A DNA stretch of 63,344 bases, counting the filler, from Dirinaria sp. TL-2023a (taxonomy: Eukaryota): NCBI GenBank assembly GCA_051941275.1. It is 5 parts of 5 records of this genome, joined end to end, with 100 filler letters (N's around TTAATTAATTAA, not from the genome) between each part and the next. Parts side by side here need not be neighbours in the genome. Positions count along the whole stretch, not along the records: positions 12,729 to 25,355 come from JAVEBF010000753.1; 4 more parts are not named here. One strand, 5' to 3'. Position numbers and translations under genes: made by a program. The notes beneath the pieces were generated by a model that did not search any database, was not told where the DNA came from, and saw nothing but the letters and a program-made list of their open reading frames with translations. Below, in pieces: positions 13,153-25,455 of the stretch; positions within the stretch are counted from its first letter, which is position 1, and each line of letters starts with the position of its first letter.

Positions 13153-14918
13153 TCACTTACCTTCAATCCCCCTCGCTTCGTCCTTGCCGATGGTAGATCT
13201 CCTGCCCCCCACCCCATACAGCACCTCCAGCACGCGACCCTTCTGCGTCTCCCTCACCCGTTTCAAATGCTCGTACGTGCCCTCCAACCCTCTGATCTGC
13301 TCTTCGACCCCGATCGTACACCCATCCCCGCGTCTCACGAGCGGACTCACCAGTTTCCGGCGCAGATTCTCCAGGTTCCCCTTCAGCGCCACGAGTTTCC
13401 CGTTATGCTCGACCAGCAAACTTTTATTGCGCGTCGTTTTCGCGCGCACGGAAGCGAGCAGGTCTTTGTTCTTCTCGTACTTGCGCAGGGTGGCGGAATT
13501 GGGGCCGACGAGGCGGACCCAGAGCGAGGAGAGGAATTCCCCCTCGAGCCGTTCCTGCGTGTCGGATTCGCGGATCACGGTGCGTTGCAGGTTCAGGAAT
13601 TGGCGGTCGATGGATTCGAAGAGGGAGAAGAGCGAGGTGGAGTAGGTGAGTTCGCTGTTGATGCTTTCTTCCAGCACGCCGAGGAATTCGTTGAAGGTGC
13701 GGTGCAGTGTCCGATGCGTGTGCTGGGAGTGCGTGGCTCCGAAGAGTTCGGTGAAGATCCGGCCTACGGGTGTCGGTAAGCCGGTGGAGCGGTTCTCGAG
13801 GATCCCGACACGGGAGAAGAGGGCGTGCAGGTTGGTGAATGCGGACGATAGGGAGGTTAATGGGAGGGCGGAAAGAGCGCTGAGTTCCCGCTGCGCCCAT
13901 TCCATCACGATCAGGATGCCGTCGATATCCCCATCGACGTTTGCGAAGAATTTCGTCAGTTCGATGCCGAGCGTCTTGAGGCTTTCGCTGAGACTGTCGA
14001 GTTCATTGACGATCATCGGCGCAGAGGTCATGTTGGCCGATCGCACGCTCTCGCCGAGATCCCAGACAGCAACGCCCGTCTCTTGCAGATCGCTGATCTG
14101 CTGCACACCGTTCTCGGAGTAGTATATCAGAGGCTCGAAGGATCGGGCCAGGCCTGCAACCTTGACGAGGTCAGGCACTGGTGGAGAAGGCGGCGTCCGG
14201 ATAAGGATGCGTAATAAGGCTACAGCGACTGAGAACATCAACAAGGTTGAGGACAGCGAGGTCCATGATTTGGTTATATGGTTTATATACGACCGTAGCC
14301 AGGAGAGTGCGGTCTCAATGGGCTCTGTCCGATGTTGTACCTCTGCGCGCACCGCGAATCGGATGTCTTTCAATAGTCAGTATGAACAAGCAAAGACTGA
14401 GAAGATAGCTGCACACAATTGTTTGCATTCTCCTGCACAACAGGTACCGTCTCCTCCGGGTGCGCAAACTGTTGCCCGAAATCTTGCGCTCCTTCATGGC
14501 AAGATTCCGTTTCACGTTCAGGTGATTGCTCCTTTGTCGGCGACCTCGAGCCCCGGGGCAGGGGTATGTTTGCAGGTACTATCGTCTCCCCCTCCCTTTC
14601 TCTCGCGCTCTCGTATTGCGGGCTAGTACCTCTTGATCGCGAAGGACTCGCGGAAGGCTTGAGCTTGGTGTTGTGCTCTGGATACGGTTGGTGTCGGTAC
14701 CATCCGCCAGCGGCTTGCTGGTTTCTCCATGCCGGCGGCGACCACGGCTCTTCTGAATTTGACTCCGTGTCTGCTTCCGACTCTTCGGATTTGAAGCCCG
14801 AGTGTTGCGATGGAAGACCAAAGACTGGCGAGCGGTTCTCCATGCTTTCCAAGGATGCTGAAAGCGAAGGATGCGAGTCGAACATCCTATCTAGGGAATT
14901 TGTGCGTTGCGCAGCCAT
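13153..14918 (-). CDS. Conserved Pezizomycotina hypothetical protein (disordered N-terminus, one TM helix, coiled-coil C-terminus), 2 exons
   Basis: ORFs 14370..14918 and 13153..14373 join via intron 14416..14367 (GTGTGC...CTGAC...AAG), giving NNYIRFAVRAEVQHR. It contains PVPDLVKVAGLARSFEPLIYYSENG and has strong GC3 bias. Confidence 0.8.
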
Positions 14919-16071
14919 GTGTACTCAGTAATACGGGGGAAATGTTTGAACCGAATGCAACGTCCTCTGTTCTCTGTGAAGTACAGTCAGTCACAACCTT
15001 TCGCACGCAAACTAGTAGCCTTACAGCCTGGGTCATCAATGAGCCTAGCCAATTGCTCATTCTTGTTTCAGTGAGTCAAGCAAAACTTGGTGAAGCAAGT
15101 GTTGCAATAATTGTAACCAGGAAGTGTCAATGGTTTGAGATGCAAGAGCGAGTGGCAGCAGTGGTGCCAGGCTGGCGATGGAGAGCACAGTCGCAGAGAA
15201 GCTGGTGGCTGGACGAATCAATTGACGATGCCTTGCACAACCTTGCACAGTCCATCCAATCGTCGTCAGCCACTGCCTTATACAGGGATAATTCTGATGC
15301 AAGGGCCTGACGGCCCGTGGCCCTATCAATTATCGCGGATGCTTGGCATTATCCCCAAGTGTTTCCACATAGGGCAGATAGTGACATTGTATGGTATAAC
15401 TTTGCTCATTTCTGACTGTATTCGATTGCAGAACTTCGCTTCTCTGCAAAGATTACTCCCTCATGCCATTGGAAATATTCGACGCGAAACCCAATCCAAC
15501 GTTTCGGTCCAGCGGAAGACCGTAATGAGCCAAGCTCAAGATGGATCACTCCATAGTCTGTAGCGTCTCTCTATCAAAGAGTGGAAGGCTGCAAGGAATA
15601 TATAGTGATCATCTGGCTTCATTATGGTCTGATTCTGGATTAGCTGCGCGAACAGAAAGCGACGAAGAGCGCAATCCTTGATGATACTAGGAAAAATTGA
15701 TTGAGTATCTAGGTAGCATCAGAATAATTTGGTGACGAGTAGCCAGAAAGAGGCGCAAACGTCCAACATTGCGAGAGAGAGAGAGGGAGATACTGTAGAC
15801 TATCATTTCGCCGAGAAAGGAGAGAGAAAAGAGTCATTAACCGAATCTGTAATATCGTATCGAGCAGCCTTTCAGGCGCAGAACAAAGAGCAGATCAGTT
15901 GAAAAGCTTATTTACAAACATATGGTGTATTGACAAAGGTTATATAATTGACAGAAACGCGCCTCAAGGGGTCCCAAGGCATGCTTCTGATGACACTGTA
16001 TCCTGTCTAACGGAATTCTATTACTAGTACTACAGGCGCCAGCCAGCCTCTAGGTGGCCATCGTAAAGCTA

Positions 16072-16877
<806 letters not shown>

Positions 16878-17081
16878 CTTGAATGCTGTGCAAGAACGAG
16901 AGTCGCAAGCCGAGATTGAGTTGTTTGCGAAATGAGTGGACGATGCGAGGAAGTGTGCTGAGGGAGAGAAGTTGGACGAGGCAAAAAAAAAAATGTATGT
17001 CGCCAGGAAATACAGTAGTAAAGTTTTACACGGGCCTGAGGCCCGATCCCGGTCATATCTGGATGCTGCATCCGGTTGCCG

Positions 17082-17101
17082 CCAATCATATGCGGTTGAA
17101 T
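17082..17101 (+). promoter_or_regulatory. CCAAT box with CSAAT-N12-RWT geometry (candidate CBC:HapX site) upstream of cytochrome c
   Basis: CCAAT-CATATGCGGTTG-AAT about 205 bp upstream of the cyc1 ATG, in the promoter shared divergently with the SDR gene. Confidence 0.5.
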
Positions 17102-17429
17102 TCGGGTGACGGACCGGGTTAAACCGGCCCCCGGCTCATCAGTGCATAAAGTACAACAATCGCCTAGAATAAATTTTGATGCTATTAAAGGCGCTTCGAT
17201 GATCAAGCAGCATGTTGGTGAAGGAGATCTGGTGGATGTACAGTACATGATGTTGTAGATATTAGCGACTACGCTTCGAGTTTGGAGATTCCTTCATGTC
17301 GGCTGTTCAAGAATTAGGACTTGCCGTAAATTGTCGAGCCCGTCATGGTTTTGCCGGTCTCTCCTCTCGACCCATCGTTATTAACCTCTTTCCCAAGCTC
17401 TTCTCTCCTCACCTTCTCGCTTGATCAAC

Positions 17430-18517
17430 ATGTCGACTTGGATGGTAGTTGGTGCCAGCAGGGGCATCGGCCTAGAATGGGTTCGACAATTGCTTGCGGA
17501 AGGGAACCACGTCATCGCGACCATTCGTGATGCCGGGAAAGCGTCCCAGCTTTGGGCTCTTGCAGGCGCTGCCGAAAGCGGATCCTGCCAATTATTTGAA
17601 TGCGATGTGACCCAGGACCCAAGCATAGATGTCCGTTGACTCAAATTTCTGCATCACCAGTACTGCATGCCTGACCGCGGGCAGAGACTCGTGAACGACG
17701 TTGTCAAGATACCGGGCCTGCACCGGATAGATTATGTCGTGCTCAATGCTGGGATCTTGAAGTATCCCAACGTAAGTCAGGCTTTGTCTTCGTTACATAG
17801 ATTCCACCTGACTGAGTCAGAGAGCCACAGAGGTGTAATGCCATCCCAATGCTTCGTCCCCTTTTTTCCGGCTGAGTAGTTTAGTTCTTTTGATGCCTTC
17901 TCTGAACATCTACATACCAATACTGTTGGCCCTATCATCTGTGCTCAGAAATTGCTGAGATCCGGTATGCCGATTGGAAGATTAATCTTCATGTCGAGCG
18001 ACTCGGGCTCAGCAGTCGACTTTCGCGATTTCGAAGACGGGTACGGTCCTTCTGAAGGGGGCTGAGCTCTTGCTTCTAATTGGGACTCTAGCTTTGCTGC
18101 TTATGCTGCTTCGAAAGCTGCTTTGAATCAGATGCTGAGAGTAAATCGTACGCATTAAAATCTGCGGTGTAAGCTAAGTTGTACGCACAGCATATGGCGG
18201 CGGAACTGCAACGGAATGAGAGCAGCACGACCGTGCTGGCCATGCATCCTGGAGAGGTCGCAACGTAGGCTTCATCCATATGCTTGAAAGTCTAGCTTAT
18301 TGGTGTCCAGAGATATGAGCGATATCTCGGTGGGGTGGGACATTGAAGGCGTGATCAGCGCCGAACAATCGGTGGGCGCAATGCTCAGGGTCATCGCAGG
18401 CACAGGAACAAATGAAACTGGGAAGTTCCTTACGTGGGAGGGAAAGGTGAGCAGGCTCAACGTCCCACTAATCCGCTGATTATGTTAAATGGGACGGCCT
18501 AGGAGCATCCGTGGTAG
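17430..18517 (+). CDS. Short-chain dehydrogenase/reductase (CsgA/C-factor-like), 7 exons
   Basis: VVGASRGIG Rossmann motif, LNAGI, catalytic YAASK, HPGEVAT and C-terminal GKFLTWEGK-EHPW*, joined by GT-AG introns including a 14-nt exon at 17821..17834. Confidence 0.88.
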
Positions 18518-18725
18518 AAAATATCGTGGGTCCAGATTTGACCCTTACAAAATCTAGGATCAGGCAGGAGAGACACAAAAGGGCCATGAGAGGGTCTGGT
18601 CACTGGCGACAAGAAAGCAAAACAAGAAACAACGTCATTTTTTTAATTCATAAAATTCGTAGTGCACCACTTTCTTGCTTCGGTGCGTGCTACCTAAATA
18701 GAAATGTACAGAAAGAAATTTTCGT

Positions 18726-20978
18726 CTAACTCTTCTCCACCTGTGCATACTCACTCCGTCGCCCATTTGCCGCCACTTGAGGGTTATGTACCGCGTCACC
18801 CACCTGGCCCCGATCGCCAGCGAAGCCCAGCTTCTCGTCTTGCCATTCTTCCTCCTCGCTCGAATGATCGCTTGACGCACTTCTCTGCGTGCCTGAGCGA
18901 AAGCGGTTACCACTAAACATCCCACCGAACCTCGGCACTTGTGTCTTAGGTGGCTCGTAGGCGGGAGCTGCGTCATCTGGGATCGCAGCACGAGTGACTG
19001 CTTGTGGTTGCTCTTGCATCGGTATGTCGCCTGCGGTCGAGGGCCCTCCTTCGCCACGCACCTTGCTGTGTTTGGCCGCGAGCCAGATTGCGCGGCTGAG
19101 GCCTGCAAGGACGATGAGGAGCCACACGCATACTAAGGCGGTAGAGATGAGGGCTTCGTTGCGGATACCGTCCTCAAGGTGTGCGGCTACCACGCCAATA
19201 GCTGCAGACACTTTGCTGGTGGCTTCCCCACTTGGATCCGAGAGGAAGGACGCGCTCTTATTGTCCGAGGCAGCGTTGGCTAAATGATCGAGGGAGAAGG
19301 TGCCGTTGTTTAGTAAGGGAAAATCGATGTGAGCGTGATCGTGCACCCAAGTGAGACCTTTCTCGATACCTGCGACTTTGAGACCTATAAGGCAATTGAA
19401 GACTTCGTTGACAGGGTCTTGGAGGACGGTCCCACCGAAAGTCTTGTTGAGCGCACCAGTCATTTCATTAACGAAGGTATTCAAGGTATTGTTCAAAGCG
19501 GAAGTGGAAGTATTAACCCAACCAAGGAGGTCGTTGTTAATGCCATTATTCACAGTTGTGATGGCGTGGTTGGTGCCGGACGCCCACGATTCGGAGGCAT
19601 TATTGACTGTATTGACGATTTTCCCGGTAAAGTTGCCTACTTCGCCGGCTAGTTCTGGAACCTCCTTTTCGATTGCTTTCAGAAGGATAAATTGGCAGAA
19701 GCAGGAAAGAAGGCCAGTGACGCCGAGAGAGAGCACGAGCAAGGCTGGGATTGAGGTGGCGTATGCTATCGTCCATCGGGTCAGTAGTTGGCGCTTGCGA
19801 CCTCGGAAAGGCGTTGCAGCTTTGATACCAGCGGCAGAAGTGTACGGCCTAGATGCAATATAGATGACATCGAGCGGGTCGTATGACTTGTCGCCCACAA
19901 GCTGGGACCGTTGCTGCATGATACGCCAGCGACGAATTTCTTTGGCGGCCATTGGAATGCAGACCAGGAGCGCAAGGACAAGCAACACACCAATGAAGGC
20001 GCGACGGGCGAGTTCAGCAATGTGAGCGAGATGCTCAAAGAAATCGGAGATATCATTATTGTCGGAGCAGAAGGTCAGCTGCTCTTTTTGTGGAACGGGG
20101 AGAATGGACCGATTAAATTGGAAGCCCGTCAAGGAGCCGTTAATCAGCTTCTTGACTTCTTCAAATGGGAAGCGAATAACGTTGTTGGTGAAGTTATTGA
20201 CCTGTGCAAAGTCAGGGATGGAATTATTGAGCTTAGTGAGATTTTCGTCCAAAGTGGAAGGAAGCTGGACATGGTCAAGAGCGTCAAGCTGGCTGTCAAT
20301 ATCCAGCTTGGGAATCGAGCCTTTCCCTCCAAAGACTTTCGGAATGCTGTTCAGAGCTCCCGTAAACTTGTTCAGGTCATTTTGGAAGCCGTCGACGCCT
20401 TTATGGATATCGCTCCCAATGTCACCAAGCGTCTTATTAAGGAACTTGCTGGCGTCTTCTACGACTTGCAACGCAACGTGCAAGGCCCCACCGATGACGA
20501 GAGTGATGAGGCATACATAGGTCGAAGTCAGTAGGTTGATGTAGAACACTACAAGTTCTTCAACGCCGGTGATGGTCAAGAGTAGCATCGACATCAGGCC
20601 TTTGACCGCTTTCTCAACACCCGTAGCCGCGAGATCATTGACCCCCTTAGACATATAGTGAGGCATGGACGCGAGGGCGCTACCAGCATCTTCGACAGCA
20701 TTGCAAGCGGACAGTGCTTCCTTCTTGGCCGAGGCGAGGTCATTGTGGAGGCCGGCGATGGCGATGAGAACTCGGACGAGGATCAAAAAGAGAAGGACGG
20801 TCCATCTGTTGATCCAAATCTGCGAAAGGCGAGCACGGAGCCCAAGATAAGGGGTGACTTCGGGCACAGAATGTGATGCAGGTCGTTGTACGTCATCGGG
20901 GTGGTAGTTTTGTGACCCATGGTCGCCAGCATAGAGGGACTGAGGCACCGCCGGAAAAGTAGACTGAGGATTAGCCAT
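18726..20978 (-). CDS. PRM1: Plasma membrane fusion protein Prm1
   Basis: Intronless 750-aa ORF with PYLGLRARLSQIWINRWTVLL, SMPHY, STYVCL and CLIGLKVAGIEKGLTWVHDHAHIDFP, plus multiple TM segments. Confidence 0.92.
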   Translation of the reverse strand: MANPQSTFPAVPQSLYAGDHGSQNYHPDDVQRPASHSVPEVTPYLGLRARLSQIWINRWTVLLFLILVRVLIAIAGLHNDLASAKKEALSACNAVEDAGSALASMPHYMSKGVNDLAATGVEKAVKGLMSMLLLTITGVEELVVFYINLLTSTYVCLITLVIGGALHVALQVVEDASKFLNKTLGDIGSDIHKGVDGFQNDLNKFTGALNSIPKVFGGKGSIPKLDIDSQLDALDHVQLPSTLDENLTKLNNSIPDFAQVNNFTNNVIRFPFEEVKKLINGSLTGFQFNRSILPVPQKEQLTFCSDNNDISDFFEHLAHIAELARRAFIGVLLVLALLVCIPMAAKEIRRWRIMQQRSQLVGDKSYDPLDVIYIASRPYTSAAGIKAATPFRGRKRQLLTRWTIAYATSIPALLVLSLGVTGLLSCFCQFILLKAIEKEVPELAGEVGNFTGKIVNTVNNASESWASGTNHAITTVNNGINNDLLGWVNTSTSALNNTLNTFVNEMTGALNKTFGGTVLQDPVNEVFNCLIGLKVAGIEKGLTWVHDHAHIDFPLLNNGTFSLDHLANAASDNKSASFLSDPSGEATSKVSAAIGVVAAHLEDGIRNEALISTALVCVWLLIVLAGLSRAIWLAAKHSKVRGEGGPSTAGDIPMQEQPQAVTRAAIPDDAAPAYEPPKTQVPRFGGMFSGNRFRSGTQRSASSDHSSEEEEWQDEKLGFAGDRGQVGDAVHNPQVAANGRRSEYAQVEKS

Positions 20979-22666
20979 AGAAATGGCGAGGTGTATGTAA
21001 TAGAAGACCGAATCCGTCCAGCGGATGAGAATTCAGTAGCGGCGATAATTAAGTAAAGAAATTTCGCCAGCGAAGTGATGAAGAGGGTGGGAATATTAGA
21101 TCGCGAGATCGAGTAGTCTATAGATACAAAGCAGCAGCAACAAAGGAAAATCGTCAAATCATGTCAAGAAGAAAGACAGAAGTGAGGGGGGGAAGTGAAG
21201 TAGACAACAAAGGAAAAGGTACCGACAATGGCGACAATGGCAACAATGGGGGGTGTGTTCAGAGTGAAGTAGATTCTGTGGAGAGACATGTTGACCACCC
21301 AAGCGACCTTGACGACCAGATCTGATTCGAAACGACAGGCATCATCCAGAAAGGCCGTTTCAGAAGCAAAACTAGTCGGTCCTCCTGAGATTGGGCGAAT
21401 GGTGTGGATGTATTGGTGTATTGGTCCACAGGGGAGGTGCTTGGGTAGCCGCGCAAGACCAATAACAATGACAATGGCGCTTGGCAGCCATTCACTTGAC
21501 AATGTCTTTCATTTGGCGTGCCTGTCTCCAAAAAGGGCCTCCAATACGGAATTGATACATAGCACTACCGTACGTGCACAGCTCATGCGCTGACGAGCGA
21601 TGCCTACCTTCGGCCACACTCCAGGAACTTGAAGGAGGGCCTCCTAGCATTCTAATCACGATGCACACAGGGTGTAAGAGCCACAAGATCCATAGATTGC
21701 AATGGAGCAACCTTCGTATGGGTCACCTACATTATTCAGGATGCTTGATACATGCAGAATTATATTGAAGGACGTTCGTTCTCTCGAACGAAATTCTGCT
21801 TAAAACCGATCCTTGTCAGCGATCCTTGGCCAGTGAACAGTACGTCATTCGATTGGCTCCCTCTAGACATTCGATGTCCTACACTACGCTCAATTCGGTC
21901 AAGCGTAGTTCGAGACAGCTCGAGTCCTTCCCCATTGCCGTTCGCAACATCTGACGCAGAGGTTATCACGAATGAATGAGGTATCAGGGTCAAGTCAGAG
22001 GGGGGAGACGAAGCTCGGCCAGATGGCTCAGTATGGGATTCGATCATTTTGATGGGCAATTAAGCTTTGGAAGAGCCTCAGGCCTTCGAAGCGGCTGCAA
22101 GCCTGCATCGCTCAGCGCCCGCCAATCAGCACCGCTTCGTCACGGAACATCGAAACATGTCTCAAAATAGATACCGCGACCCCAGCTCTCACGCGATTCC
22201 TTGGTCCAGACACCGTCATATCGAATGTCGCGTTCCGAATCGCGTGTGGCCGGTAGCAGGACTGGAGATGGTTCAACCGACGAAATAATCAGCTGCAAAA
22301 GCATTCAATGAGCGCTTTCATGCAGCAAGCCGAGTTGCTTCTCACACGAACCAACCAGTGTCATTGAAGGATCTCACACAAAGGAGGTACCTACGCGGTT
22401 GCAACGGCACGGTGACGTTAGGCGTTGCAGCTGATGGTAGTACAGCAGAAGGAGCGCATACGCTGGTGTAGAATAAAGTAGATACAAGAATGCGCATGTC
22501 GCTACCCGTAGAGATACAGACCCGAATACATGCCAGAGACCTTAGTGAGGGTATGTTAACAAAGTACACCAGTGGATATCATTGCTTATGCTCGACACAA
22601 AGGAGAAAGACGAAAAAAGTAATTCCCTTCCCAGAAACCGATTACACTTCATTATTTCACTGCCTT

Positions 22667-24910
22667 TCAGCGGTAGGCCGGCCCACCGTATGGCTGCTGG
22701 TAGTCGTACCCGTTGCCCGGTACCCTTCCACCGTTCCGGTAGTAATCTTCCTCCGGAAGGTATGAGCCCCGAGTTGCCCCGTTCATGTCGACTACAGGTC
22801 GTTCGAACCGGGCGCGGGCGCCAGGGCTTTCTCCATAAAGACGTGCATCCTCGTCCGCTTGTCTACGGGCCCGCTCTCGAGCGAACCGACGGCCCTCGTC
22901 GTCCAATCCATCTTGGCCAGGAATAGAGCCAGGCTGGAATGTTGGTTGGTAGCCGCGAACATCACCGTCTGACCGACGGAAATCATCCCTTACCCTGGTA
23001 AAGGAAGGGCTGCGTCGGCGTTGCGCATTGCTTGGCTGTCGATGGTGGTGGATCTCTGGCTTGGGCATCTCCATCGGACCTCGCGGAACGTTGCTTGGTG
23101 GAATTGGCCTAGGTCTGGCTGTCGAGTCTGCGCGACCAGGTCTTCCAGCCACGGATTCTGATCGTCCCAGCGTGGAAGCATTGGACTCGGTACGAGGCTT
23201 TGGTGGCCCTCCGAACGGCGGTAAGTCGTCCTGATTTCTCGCATTGACGGGCTGAGAGCTGTAAGGCTTCCGCTCTCGCTCGATAGGTCCGGTCGAAGCA
23301 GGTGGTGGTGGTGGAAATGGATTGGTATCATCTATAGCCGACTCAGATGGTATGCTGGAATACGGCTTCCGCTCACGCTCGATATTATTAGGAGTATACG
23401 TAGACTCGGCGATGCTTGGGCGGTGGTGCGGTGGCGCCGGTATTGGATTTGTGTCATCGATCGCCGAATCCAGGTGAGCGCCGCCATAAGGTTTCCTCTC
23501 GCGCTCTAGATTATTCGGCGTGGGAGGTATCACTCCAACACTGGGCTTCTGAGTCGGATACGAAGGTACCGGCTCGTTCACACTGGGATTCGATCTTGGT
23601 TCATCGTGGCTAGTACGTCTCGGTAGGTCAATATTGGCATGCTCTGATATTGCGTTCTCCAGATCCTGCCGGATGCTATGGTCAGGGGCGCTGGGGAAGA
23701 GTCGGCGCGAAAGCTCTTTCGGGAATCGCTCTTTCTTCTCATCGGGATTATCGATTGGCATAGCTAACGCAGCTTTCGCAAGCCTCTCAAATTCCTCATC
23801 CGGATGGGCTTGTATTAGGAGGGTCGACCATCGCTCGAACCCGACTGGAGTGAGACCAGGAATTTCCGGGCGCACGTCGTGACTTTCTTGGACTAGGTGG
23901 TGCTGGCATGAAAGCTCTCTGAGCATTCGGGATATCCGACAGCGCTCATCGTCAAAGACAGCTACAGCAGCAAGTTAGTTACAGCATTGGCACATGTTAA
24001 ATAAGAGCACGTACTTGACCACGGATAAAGCTCATTTGGAAGCCGCACATCTTCGTAATACTTGGCCATCTTCGTTGGGGTGATCACGATGCTATGGCGT
24101 GGCTCATAATCCTCGATCTATGCCGCAGTCAGCAACCGTCATAACGCTCGCATGGCTGATCACGAGGCGTACAATGTGGACGGCAAGACCTCGCAAGAAT
24201 TGTCCCAGCCTTAAGGTCGGATGACCACCTTCGTCGAACAATTGCCCCCAAATCTTCTCGAGTGTGGTTTCCTCTGTTCCTGTTGACAATCTCTCCGGCC
24301 CTTTCGGTCTTATGCGACTCTCCTCGCTGCTATGGCTCAAAGGTGAGGATGACCGGGGATCTGGATACGAGTGAGGAGCCCTGTCACGTCCGGGACTCTG
24401 TGGAGGGTTGGCGAAGGGGGCAGATTGAGAATGCGGCGATCCTTGGCTGTGGAATTCGTGGTGCTTCTGCGGGGACGGAGGAGTGTAAACGCCCCGGGAA
24501 TGCATTGGTGGCGAGGAGCCCGACATGGTGGAGGGTGACAAGGGAACCGGTTGCTGGATCGGCGGCGGTGGGAACTGCCTGGGATTTTGTGGTACGGGTG
24601 TCCCGCTATCTTGGATGCCAGTTGTCTTCAATTGCTGAATGACATTTTGTGTTATCTGGGCCGTTATCTGGGCGATAAGCTCCGGCGACGCGTAGTTGTT
24701 GGAGGTGTCCGCTTTGTCGAAGGCTGAACTGACAGCCTCGTTAATCGGTTGCTGGGGGCGCAGGTATTGAGTATGATCCGCCATTCCTCCGTCGCTCTTC
24801 ACACTGAAGCTGTCTCGAGAGCGAGATTTCTTTGGCTCGAAATGAGCATGATCGGCGGAGTAGGACATGCGATCCTGGGTGTAATCGGGGTTGGCAGGTT
24901 CATATGCCAT
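22667..24910 (-). CDS. Conserved Pro-rich fungal protein with central globular domain (DUF7514-like), 3 exons
   Basis: ETTLEKIWGQLFDEGGHPTLRLGQFLRGLAVHI / IEDYEPRHSIVITPTKMAKYY / ...CQHHLVQ...IPGLTPVGFERW...ERFPKELSRRLFP, with three internal ERERKPY repeats. ORFs 24104..24925 and 22667..23926 are linked by two introns. Confidence 0.75.
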
Positions 24911-25355
24911 GGTCAGTCGCAACAAGGCTCAACGGCCTTGCTGTGGACACCGTACGACTCGCGCAGGTGGTTGTTTCGATGATTAGATCTGAATGGCGGA
25001 TTGCGTGGAGGACGTGCAGTGCGTGCAGTAGGAGTTGGAATGTGCGTCAAATCAGCGTCGGTCGCACGTCTTTAGCATATGCAACTTGTCCAAACCGACG
25101 TGAGGAGCAGGTCAGGTAGTGGGTGGTTGAACAGCGAAGCGACGAGGGGATTAGGCTATTTACGGCCTGGGCGGACGAAACATGTCAGAGAAAGAAGAAA
25201 AGCGGGCGAAGGAGCGCGGTAGGTTTTGTTTGGGGGGTAAGGTAGTTGAGTTCAGGAGGTCTCAGACTTCGGTTGCTCAATAACTACCTACCTTACTTAC
25301 ATTATTACCTTACTCAGCCCCCCATTTTTTTTTCGAGGCTGGCGGAGTGTTAAGG

Positions 25356-25455
25356 NNNNNNNNNNNNNNNNNNNNNNNNNNNNNNNNNNNNNNNNNNNNT
25401 TAATTAATTAANNNNNNNNNNNNNNNNNNNNNNNNNNNNNNNNNNNNNNNNNNNN
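25356..25455. other. Artificial contig spacer
   Basis: N44-TTAATTAATTAA-N44. Confidence 0.97.

Noticed and set aside
13184..14931. Long antisense and alternate-frame ORFs over the 13153..14918 gene (similar ones over PRM1, the protease and the P450)
   Set aside because: Expected shadows of GC3-rich coding sequence, with no domain-like content.
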